DNA of 64,000 nt, taken from NCBI GenBank assembly GCA_031370005.1, contig JANMPT010000028.1, positions 32,001 through 96,000 on the forward strand, given 5' to 3'. The position numbers and the translations under genes were made by a program. The stretch comes from Bdellovibrionales bacterium. GTDB lineage: Bacteria; Bdellovibrionota; Bdellovibrionia; Bdellovibrionales; Bdellovibrionaceae. Each line of letters starts with the position of its first letter. Within the stretch, counting starts at the first letter, position 1. This document shows, piece after piece, positions 1 to 7,801 of this stretch. The notes below the pieces were generated by a model. It was not told the DNA's origin. It saw nothing but the letters and a program-made list of their open reading frames with translations, and made no database searches.

Positions 1-2994
1 TCCGCAACCAGCACACACACTTTGAATATCCCAATGGCCTCTACAGCGTCGGTCACTGCTGGTCTTATTAGTAAGGCTGACTATGATAGCTTCAATACTA
101 AATTGGGCACTACTTTAACGGGTGGCAAAGTTTGGGTGGGCAATGCTTCTAATGTGGCAACAGAGCAAACTCTTTCTGGTGATATAACAGCGGTCAGTAA
201 TACTGGCGCTGTGACGGTGGATAAAACTCAAGCCGCAGCGGCTAGTAAGATTTTGCAGCTAACAGCGGGCTCAGTGGCCGTAACAAAAGGTGAGGATATT
301 GGTGGTGCGGGCACAGGTGTGGCTTCTATCCGTTATCCAAACACGACAGTAAGTACCATTTTGACTCTTCCAAACACTGCGGGTTCTGCAAGTCAGTTTT
401 TGCAAACCGATGGAGCGGGGAACTTAAGCTGGGCAGCTCCAGCAGCTTCGTTGCCAGGACTTAATAATAGTCTCATGTGGCTTGGCAACGCTTCAAACGT
501 GGCAACAGCCGTGAGTATGTCAGGAGACGCCACGATCAGCAATGCGGGCGTCTTAACTGCCAACAAAACCACCACAGGGCAATCAAATAAATTACTATCG
601 CTGGATGGAACTGGTACTGCCACTTCCTATGCAAATCAACTGATGGGTTCAGTCACTGGTTCGCTAGCTCTGCTACCAGCAGCCAGCACAACAAATTATT
701 CACTGACCTTCCCTGCCGTACAGGGTTCAGCCGGACAAACTTTGTCTAACAATGGTGCTGGTGTGCTTTCTTGGGCCTCAGCCATGACGACGGCCCTTAA
801 TTCTGGGAATATTTTAGTTGGTAATGCTTCTAACATTGCTACCTCGGTCGCGATGTCAGGTGACGCAACTATGGCCAGTACAGGAGCTGTGACTTTAAAA
901 AACACGGGCACGGCTGGAACCTATTCCAAGGTCACAACGGATGCTCAGGGCCGGGTGACTTCGGGTGCCAATCCGAGCACACTTAGTGGTTATGGAATCA
1001 CTGATGCTGTTGTAAATGCAGGAGGGGTTCCTTCATTATCCAGTGGAACTCTCGCCGCTCGCCCGGCCTTCGGCACTGCTGGTAGAGTTTATTTTGCAAC
1101 GGATACGAAACAAGAATTTATAGACACGGGGGTCGCTTGGGATCAACTCAATACCAATGCCTCAGATCTTGTCTCAGGATTTTTAGCAGCAGCAAGATTG
1201 CCGGCACTAACAGGTGATGTGACTTCTACTGCGGGATCAAATTCAATCAGTCTAAATACAGTCCCTCTAACCAAGGGTGGAACGGGCTTGACCGCACTAG
1301 GCACAGCGAACCAAGTTCTTGGAATGAATAATGCTGCCACCGGTATGGAGTATAAAACGATCACCGCCGGCACTGGCGTGACTATCACCCACGGTGCCAA
1401 CAGTGTAACTATTGCGGCCACTGGCAGCGGTGGAACTGTAACAAATGTCACGAGTGCAAATACAGATATTGCAGTTGCGAGCTCTAGCACGACTCCTGTA
1501 TTAACACTCAACTCTGGCACTGCTGGTGGAGTCGGCGACGCGGCTAAAATTGCAAAACTCGACGCCTCTGGAATGCTTGTCCCTGCGATGATTCCGAGCA
1601 TTGATACAAGCAAACTAACTTCTGGAGTTTTACCAATCAGCCGCGGTGGTACAAACTCATCAACAACTTTGATTGGCAATCGCATTATGGCCTCCACGGC
1701 ATCTACAATTGTGGAAGCCGCAGCAATCACTGCAAACAAGGCCCTTATCTCTGACGTAAATGGAATCCCGACTCACTCCGTAGTGACAAGTACAGAGCTA
1801 AGTTACCTGTCGGGAGTGACCTCGGCGGTTCAGACCCAAATCAACAGCAAGGCTTCCTCTGCAGGATGGACAAACTATAGTGCTATGGGCGTTAATGGAA
1901 GCGGAAATTTAATCGCGGTGCCGGGGGCCTCCTCGGGCTCAATTTTTAGCTGGTCAGTGACGGGACCAATTTGGACCACGGCTAGTTTTCCAACAAGCAC
2001 AAGTGCAAACGAACTTTTGTACTCTTCAGCGAATAATGTTGTGGGCGGCCTAGCAACAGCAAACAGCGCCGTGCTCACAACAAGTGGCTTGGGAGTCCCC
2101 AGTTGGTCTCCACTGACCACTGATAATTTTTCGCAATACGCACTCCTTGCCGGCCGCGCTGGCGGGCAAACTTTGAATGGTGGAACTGCGGCAAGTGAGA
2201 ATCTCACTTTGGATTCCACCTCCAATGCCACAAAGGGAAATATTATTCTTGCAGCCGGTGGAGGCAAGGTTGGGATTGGAACAACATCTCCAGGTTACTT
2301 ATTGGAAGTTGGCCTTAGCACTGGCACTGCAATCGCAGCTAAGTTCATAAATAATGGCGGTGGGCTTAGTCCGACGGCAATTTTCACTAACTCCAACGCC
2401 GCTGGATTCGCTGCGAAATTCGCTAATACCGGCGGCGGGATTTCCGCAGCCTTTCAAGGCGAAATTCAACCGGCGGTGGACAATACGGATTCTCTTGGTG
2501 ACGCCACCCATCGCTTCACAGCAGTTTACGCTACTAACGGAACAATTCAGACTTCAGATGAACGTCAAAAAAAAGATATTGAAGATTCTGATCTCGGATT
2601 AGATTTTATAACTAAACTTCGCCCAGTTTCCTATTATTGGAAAACAGGTGCAGATACTGGCCTACACTACGGTTTGATTGCACAAGAAACTGAAAAAATT
2701 CTTTCAGAGGTTAAAAAACAAGCACCAAATCCAAATGAAGCCATTGTTGTTCACGATGAAAAAACTGATCAATATGGCATTAAGTATTCAGAGCTTATTT
2801 CGCCTTTAATAAAGGCTGTCCAAGAATTTTACAAAGCCTTTGCCGCTACTCAAATAGAAACTCAAAAGCTCCAAGCTGAGAATTCTCAGTTAAAAACACG
2901 TCTTGATAAGTCCGAAAAAGAAACTGCGGCAATCAAAACCTATCTTTGCAAAAAAGACCCAGGTGCTATTTTCTGCTCACCTGGACAACTGTGA
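1..2994 (+). CDS. Phage tail-fibre-like mosaic adhesin (Bdellovibrio MAT-like) with C-terminal S74 intramolecular chaperone; 5'-partial
   Basis: The frame is open from base 1 (SATSTHTLNIPMAS). It has G/S/T/A-rich fibre repeats, a VGIGTT motif, and a C-terminal TSDERQKKDI...LRPVSYYWK...GLIAQE...YSELISPLIKAVQE followed by a coiled coil, typical of Peptidase_S74. Confidence 0.9.
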   Translation, partial: SATSTHTLNIPMASTASVTAGLISKADYDSFNTKLGTTLTGGKVWVGNASNVATEQTLSGDITAVSNTGAVTVDKTQAAAASKILQLTAGSVAVTKGEDIGGAGTGVASIRYPNTTVSTILTLPNTAGSASQFLQTDGAGNLSWAAPAASLPGLNNSLMWLGNASNVATAVSMSGDATISNAGVLTANKTTTGQSNKLLSLDGTGTATSYANQLMGSVTGSLALLPAASTTNYSLTFPAVQGSAGQTLSNNGAGVLSWASAMTTALNSGNILVGNASNIATSVAMSGDATMASTGAVTLKNTGTAGTYSKVTTDAQGRVTSGANPSTLSGYGITDAVVNAGGVPSLSSGTLAARPAFGTAGRVYFATDTKQEFIDTGVAWDQLNTNASDLVSGFLAAARLPALTGDVTSTAGSNSISLNTVPLTKGGTGLTALGTANQVLGMNNAATGMEYKTITAGTGVTITHGANSVTIAATGSGGTVTNVTSANTDIAVASSSTTPVLTLNSGTAGGVGDAAKIAKLDASGMLVPAMIPSIDTSKLTSGVLPISRGGTNSSTTLIGNRIMASTASTIVEAAAITANKALISDVNGIPTHSVVTSTELSYLSGVTSAVQTQINSKASSAGWTNYSAMGVNGSGNLIAVPGASSGSIFSWSVTGPIWTTASFPTSTSANELLYSSANNVVGGLATANSAVLTTSGLGVPSWSPLTTDNFSQYALLAGRAGGQTLNGGTAASENLTLDSTSNATKGNIILAAGGGKVGIGTTSPGYLLEVGLSTGTAIAAKFINNGGGLSPTAIFTNSNAAGFAAKFANTGGGISAAFQGEIQPAVDNTDSLGDATHRFTAVYATNGTIQTSDERQKKDIEDSDLGLDFITKLRPVSYYWKTGADTGLHYGLIAQETEKILSEVKKQAPNPNEAIVVHDEKTDQYGIKYSELISPLIKAVQEFYKAFAATQIETQKLQAENSQLKTRLDKSEKETAAIKTYLCKKDPGAIFCSPGQL
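211..615 (+). repeat. 405-bp fibre module, inverted copy at 43528-43932
   Basis: VTVDKTQAAAASKILQ...KLLSLDGTG is nearly identical in both fibre genes, and the DNA aligns without gaps. Confidence 0.95.
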
Positions 2995-3092
2995 CAGTTT
3001 GAGACACGTCTCGAATAGATTCAACAAACGCAAAAAAATTCACTTTCTCAACTTTGGTCTATATCCTTAATATATAAGGGAGAAATCACATC

Positions 3093-3974
3093 ATGATAAA
3101 TTATTTTCAATCTGTTAGTACTTCTTTTGTTAAGCTCGCAATCACATTATTTATTGGACTGGCCACTTCCCAAAGTGCCTATGCCGCGACCACACTCAGT
3201 TTCGATGAGTATGCAGACGGGACCGTTTTGACGACTCAATATCAAGGGGTTGGGGTAACAATCTCTGGGGCGACAATCATACCTTCAGCTTATACGGCGT
3301 GGGCAGCGAACACAGGGCCAAACTTTGCATATGCACCAACAGGTCTTATGACTTTTAGCTTGAACTCCGCGATCACAGGCAATATTCAGAGTGTCTCTGC
3401 CTATATCTCAGGAGATACCAGTGTCGGCATCTATGCCTATGATTCAACTGGCGCTCTCGTTGGGCAAGCCCTGACCCCCGGCGCTTCCAACAACTTGTTC
3501 CTATCACTCACCTCCTCTGGAAATCCCATTGCCAGTATCGCTATCCATGATGGTGGTTCAAGTTTTGCGATAGACACCTTAAGCTTTATCCCGGCGGCTC
3601 CATTGCCACCACCTCCGCCAACTGCGCTGGATATCGCAAACCAATACTCTGGTGCAATTTCCGCGCTTTCAGCCAATGACTTCAGGAGCACCTTATACAT
3701 TGCCCAAAAGAAGGCTCTGATGCTTCGAGGTATTAATGATTTTAAAAAGCTATTAGCAAAGCACGCCGGGGAAGCTCGATTGATCCATCAAATCAGAATC
3801 CTACAGATAGAAGTAAAGGCGTTCATTACTGCAACAACACCAGCCAAGGCCGAGCTGCTTGATCTGCTCCACCAGTTAAAGGCAGCAGTCGATGATGATC
3901 ATGATGACGACAAGATCTCAAAAAAACGTTGCCAGGGCAGGCACCGCACGCCATCAATTGCCGTCTCTACTTGA
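3093..3974 (+). CDS. Secreted protein: signal peptide, beta-rich domain, poly-Pro linker, helical C-terminus
   Basis: AAGGGAG RBS, signal peptide ending AYA-A, and a PLPPPPP linker. The N-domain resembles the passenger domains of PEP-CTERM proteins. Confidence 0.7.
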   Translation: MINYFQSVSTSFVKLAITLFIGLATSQSAYAATTLSFDEYADGTVLTTQYQGVGVTISGATIIPSAYTAWAANTGPNFAYAPTGLMTFSLNSAITGNIQSVSAYISGDTSVGIYAYDSTGALVGQALTPGASNNLFLSLTSSGNPIASIAIHDGGSSFAIDTLSFIPAAPLPPPPPTALDIANQYSGAISALSANDFRSTLYIAQKKALMLRGINDFKKLLAKHAGEARLIHQIRILQIEVKAFITATTPAKAELLDLLHQLKAAVDDDHDDDKISKKRCQGRHRTPSIAVST

Positions 3975-3980
3975 TCTTGT

Positions 3981-4005
3981 GAAAGATAAAAGATCTTGCT
4001 TGGCT
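3981..4005 (+). repeat. 25-bp direct repeat, copy 1 (flanks the HUH gene)
   Basis: gaaagataaaagatcttgcttggct; copy 2 at 4876-4900 differs by 1 base. Confidence 0.9.
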
Positions 4006-4037
4006 TTAAACCCTCGGCAAGCCTTGCGACTTTTCTG

Positions 4038-4060
4038 ACCTCCATAGGATCTATGGAGGT
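4038..4060. terminator. Perfect hairpin (bidirectional terminator or HUH end hairpin)
   Basis: acctccatag-gat-ctatggaggt, a 10-bp stem between convergent genes. Confidence 0.6.
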
Positions 4061-4101
4061 TGTTGATTTTATTTCAATAGCAATCGTCGTTCTACGAGCC
4101 C

Positions 4102-4644
4102 TCAGGAATAATCCTGAACCCGCAGTCGATAAGCCCAGCGATTGAATCTATCCAAGTATTCTTGCCGAGCAAAGTAGCCTTTCTCCGCCTGCTCGCGATT
4201 GGCCTGAAAATAGCCTTTAAGCTGCATCTCTTCAAAAGAGCTTTTTAATAACCTGGTAAAGGCTAAGCCCTGCCAAAAGGGAGTGGAGAGCTTGCTCCCG
4301 CGATACGCTTTAGTGATTTTACGGGCAATAAGACAAGTCACAGCTCGTAAGAAATTCTGAAAGCCTTTGCGGTACTTAAACCTGCACTTGATATGAAGGT
4401 GGTTTCCAACATTGACCAGCTCTGCAATGAGGACCCCAAACTTCGCAGCCTTTTTTCTTAAGATTTGATCCACGTAAATTGAATTTGCAGGAGTCAAAAA
4501 ACTCCAAGCCCCTTTTGCGTGCTCTGATTTGAGTACTAGGTGGATCCACTTTCCTGCGGATAGCGGTCGCTGTTCTTTACGATGTCCACGGGATGTGGCC
4601 CCGCCATGGCAGGTCCTGCCGTATTTGGCGTTGGTTTCTTTCAT
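4102..4644 (-). mobile_element. RAYT/Y1-type HUH transposase-like nuclease
   Basis: WIHLVLKS, HUH motif GNHLHI, FWQG..FTR, and a candidate catalytic Tyr in YFQAN. Confidence 0.8.
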
Positions 4645-4691
4645 CTTGTGGTAGTCAAAAAAGCTAGCTTGTTTGCTAATAAATTTGGGGC

Positions 4692-4720
4692 AGTATAGTT
4701 TAGGAGCTAAAACATGGCAA
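4692..4720 (-). promoter_or_regulatory. Sigma70 promoter of the HUH gene
   Basis: TTGCCA-N17-TATACT on the minus strand. Confidence 0.7.
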
Positions 4721-4734
4721 CTAGTTTCTGTTAT

Positions 4735-4832
4735 AAATAGTGAGTTTTGCTGAGTGTTAACACGGACTTCGGAGGCTGAGCTGGCCTCTTGGCCGCAAAG
4801 GCTTCAATACCTTGATCGAAGGCCCTAATGCT
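4735..4832 (-). repeat. ~98-bp structured non-coding element upstream of the HUH gene (copy 1)
   Basis: Gapless match to 38134-38231 with about 18 mismatches (hand count). Confidence 0.85.
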
Positions 4833-4875
4833 CCGAATCGCCATCTATTAAACGGAGAACCCCCCGAGGTCTCGG

Positions 4876-4900
4876 GAAAGATAAAAGATCTTGCCTGGCT
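4876..4900 (+). repeat. 25-bp direct repeat, copy 2
   Basis: gaaagataaaagatcttgcctggct. Confidence 0.9.
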
Positions 4901-4920
4901 CTGGTCCTCCGATCAGAGCT

Positions 4921-5143
4921 TCACGAGATACTGCGGTAATTTCTGATTTGAACTTCGTTCTGTTCAAATTCCCTTTCACCGGAGTAGATTATTGAGGCCT
5001 CTGTTGAAATCTTATTTTCTCTAAAAATCTCGCTAAACTTTTTCAGCCCAATGAAAAAATCACTATTGACTGTCATTGCAGACTTTATCTCAAAAAGTGA
5101 AACTCGCGACCCCTGCTTGTAAAGCAAATCCACGTATAACCAT
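4921..5143 (-). pseudogene. Internally deleted AAA+ ATPase (DUF4143-type) remnant
   Basis: The start ATGGTTATACGT (MVIR) is joined out of frame to a C-terminal VDLLYKQG...FEIKSA...IIYSGE nuclease-like tail. There is no P-loop. Confidence 0.7.
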
Positions 5144-5171
5144 ATACTTATGCTAATCTGTGCAATTATTA

Positions 5172-5196
5172 ATTTCAACTTTAAAATTGCACAATA
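5172..5196 (+). repeat. 25-bp exact direct repeat, copy 1 (flanks HEPN-MNT)
   Basis: atttcaactttaaaattgcacaata, identical at 6037-6061. Confidence 0.95.
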
Positions 5197-5232
5197 TGGA
5201 AGTATTCGAGTCATGCAATCCGAAGCCAGAAC

Positions 5233-5550
5233 TTAAGCCCGACTCAAAACCACTGACTGAGGGTATATTTGAATCAAAAAAGGGATTCGATTTAAATCTT
5301 CTTTTTTCGCAAAAACTAAATCAATTTTTCTGTCGCCAATTTCGGGTTTAGCTTTTAGTGCGGTTAATATTTGCACTCGTTTTGCTTCAAGCTCCTCCGC
5401 GCTATCAGAAATAATTAACAAATCTATATCGCCTCCGCGAAGAGAATCATTGACCCTGCTACCAAACAGTCTGACTTCACAATTCAAAGAAGAAATAAAA
5501 TTTTCAAATGTGACAAGAATGGCTTTAATTTGCTCAGAGCTTAATCGCAT
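5233..5550 (-). CDS. Minimal nucleotidyltransferase (MNT) antitoxin
   Basis: LFGSRV...GGDIDLL...IDL motifs; overlaps the HEPN gene. Confidence 0.88.
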   Translation of the reverse strand: MRLSSEQIKAILVTFENFISSLNCEVRLFGSRVNDSLRGGDIDLLIISDSAEELEAKRVQILTALKAKPEIGDRKIDLVFAKKEDLNRIPFLIQIYPQSVVLSRA

Positions 5551-5998
5551 TTACTTTGTCTTCCAATTTTAATAATTCGGGAGTCAAATCTCTTACTCTA
5601 TTCAAAATTTGAGGGATCTTTCCCGCTGAATACTCGTGAACAGAAATATTTCGAAGCTGCCGAACCTCCATCCAGAGATCAGCACTTTCAACGATTCCAA
5701 ATTTTTCAGCTTGATCTAAAAAATCCCGCAAAGAACCACGAAACCCAGGATCACCACTTAGCACATAAGTTTTTATATATTTTGATAAAAAAATATCTGA
5801 AACTCTTCCAAACCTTGCGACCAAGCCCTCCCAGGTTTCGAGATCTTCGGAGCTAAGACCCGAAATATCAGACGTAAGACTCTGAACTTTATTATAACTA
5901 TATTTTAAATGCTTTATTCCCTCTAGGATTTCTGTTTTTGCTTCGATAAATATTGCTTTAAAATCTTGAGTCATTGGTTTATCCGATTTGTTATTCAA
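5534..5998 (-). CDS. HEPN RNase toxin (HI0074-like)
   Basis: RNISVHEY (RX4H) motif; paired with MNT. Confidence 0.85.
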   Translation of the reverse strand: MNNKSDKPMTQDFKAIFIEAKTEILEGIKHLKYSYNKVQSLTSDISGLSSEDLETWEGLVARFGRVSDIFLSKYIKTYVLSGDPGFRGSLRDFLDQAEKFGIVESADLWMEVRQLRNISVHEYSAGKIPQILNRVRDLTPELLKLEDKVNAIKL

Positions 5999-6036
5999 TG
6001 TTGTCCTTAGACTGATGTTAAGCGGCGCGATTTTTT

Positions 6037-6061
6037 ATTTCAACTTTAAAATTGCACAATA
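6037..6061 (+). repeat. 25-bp exact direct repeat, copy 2
   Basis: Identical to 5172-5196. Confidence 0.95.
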
Positions 6062-6070
6062 AAAAACTAC

Positions 6071-6877
6071 TTATCTCTTCAAAAGAATGAGATGAAAACT
6101 TAGCACCGTGAGAAACAGCATTAGCGCTGGAAGCAAAAGCAAATGTGGAAACTGAGACAAGGAACGCCAGCCCTCTTGGAGCAAGATGCCCCAGCTCACC
6201 TGCGGGGATTGCAAACCATAGCCGGCAAAGCTAATCATACTCTCGTAAAGAATACTGGCCGGTATCTGCATGGCAAAAAGAACCCACAAAGTTCCCTGCA
6301 TGTTTGGCAAGATGTGCCTACGAAAGACTCGAAATGGAGTTGCACCTAGGGCCCGAGCCGCATCAACATAACTCAGGGCCTTGATTTGTTTGGTTTGTCC
6401 CCTCGTCACCTTAGCAATATTAAACCAATGCACCAGTGAGATTGAAAAGCCCAGGGCGACCAGAGTTTTTAGGTTAAAATCCCCGATGTTCAAAATATTT
6501 TGCAAGAAAAGACATAATAGAGATACCAATAAAAAGCTTGGAATTGCCTGAAGAACATCCAGGCTGCGAATCAATAAACTTTCTCTCCATCCGCCCAACC
6601 AGCCTGCCAAGGCTCCTATACTGACTCCAAGAAGCATCGTCAGACTACTTGAAAAAATCGCAACGAATAAAGAAATCCGCGCCCCATAAAAAACACGAGT
6701 GAAAAGATCGCGACCCAAAGAATCTGTGCCAAACCAATGATTCGTATTTGGAGACAATAAAATGCTATTTGGGTCTTGTTGATCAAAAGAAATTCCACTT
6801 AAGGTCTCCGCTGAAGCTGTGAGCACCAAGAGCGCCACCAGAAAAAGTAATCCAAAATGCCATGACTTGATTTTCAT
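6071..6877 (-). CDS. oppC: Oligopeptide ABC permease
   Basis: HWFGTDSLGRD, YVDAARALGA, RHILPN; ATGA overlap with oppB. Confidence 0.88.
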   Translation of the reverse strand: MKIKSWHFGLLFLVALLVLTASAETLSGISFDQQDPNSILLSPNTNHWFGTDSLGRDLFTRVFYGARISLFVAIFSSSLTMLLGVSIGALAGWLGGWRESLLIRSLDVLQAIPSFLLVSLLCLFLQNILNIGDFNLKTLVALGFSISLVHWFNIAKVTRGQTKQIKALSYVDAARALGATPFRVFRRHILPNMQGTLWVLFAMQIPASILYESMISFAGYGLQSPQVSWGILLQEGWRSLSQFPHLLLLPALMLFLTVLSFHLILLKR

Positions 6878-7794
6878 CCTTGGCCTCGAGTCCGAGGATC
6901 TAACCACAGAGCGCATATATCAAAAATATTTGTCAACAAAATCAAACTCGCACCGTAAACAAGTACAAGCCCCATCACTACCGGATAATCGCGAAGATTC
7001 AAGCTCTCTACGAACTGTTGACCAAGTCCTGGAATCGAAAATAAAACCTCCACAAGGAAAGACCCAGAGATCAAACCAACGATCATAGAACCACTTATCG
7101 AAAGCACAGGCATAAGTGAGTTTTTATAGGCATGATTCACCAAGATCTTCCACGGGGAAAGGCCCTTGGCTTTTGCCGTGCGAATAAAATCCAGCTGCAT
7201 AGTTTCCTTCAGGGAATTTCCCATCAACAGATTGAGCTGTGCCCAGGGGCGAAGACTCAGAGTTAGAGCTGGTAAAATATAATGCCAAGGGCTGGTGAGA
7301 AAAGCAGTTGGCAACAAATTGAGATAAAATCCAAAAAAATAAATCAGCACAGGCCCCAAGAAAAGTGATGGCAAGGAAATTGAAATCACATTTAAAAAAT
7401 CAATCCCACGGCTGAAAAAAGAGTTCCCATTGAGAGCCAAAAAAAAACTGGCGGCAAAGGCAAAGAAATACGCTAAAACAATTGCCAGAACATTCAAAAT
7501 TAAAGTCTGTGAAAAACCTTGATGCAAAATCTCGCTGACAGTTTTACCTGTCTGAACCATCGAGTTCCCCAGGCTTCCCTGAGAAAGACCGTGAAGATAA
7601 TGAGCAAATTGACTTAAAAATGGCTTATCCAGAGCCCAGAGTCTTTGAATATTTTCTTTTACGAGGGGATTTAAAGAGGCTTCCTCATCGAAGGGGCCCC
7701 CAGGCATGCTATGAAGAAATAAAAAAGTCAAAAAAACCAAAACAAAAAGAGACGTGACAGTTTCAAAAATCTTGCGAAGCAAAAGGAGCTTCAC
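6874..7794 (-). CDS. oppB: Oligopeptide ABC permease
   Basis: MPGGPF, FIRTAKAKGL, VEVLFSIPGLG, RDYPVV; probable GTG start at 7794. Confidence 0.88.
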   Translation of the reverse strand: MKLLLLRKIFETVTSLFVLVFLTFLFLHSMPGGPFDEEASLNPLVKENIQRLWALDKPFLSQFAHYLHGLSQGSLGNSMVQTGKTVSEILHQGFSQTLILNVLAIVLAYFFAFAASFFLALNGNSFFSRGIDFLNVISISLPSLFLGPVLIYFFGFYLNLLPTAFLTSPWHYILPALTLSLRPWAQLNLLMGNSLKETMQLDFIRTAKAKGLSPWKILVNHAYKNSLMPVLSISGSMIVGLISGSFLVEVLFSIPGLGQQFVESLNLRDYPVVMGLVLVYGASLILLTNIFDICALWLDPRTRGQG

Positions 7795-7801
7795 GCTCTC
7801 C

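Noticed and set aside
393..2602. Short antisense and alternative-frame ORFs within the fibre gene (and similar shadows across the window)
   Set aside because: They are shadow ORFs of long genes with biased codon usage.
3981..6061. CRISPR array made of the 25-bp repeats
   Set aside because: There are two unrelated repeat pairs about 0.9 kb apart that enclose genes; no spacer periodicity and no cas genes.
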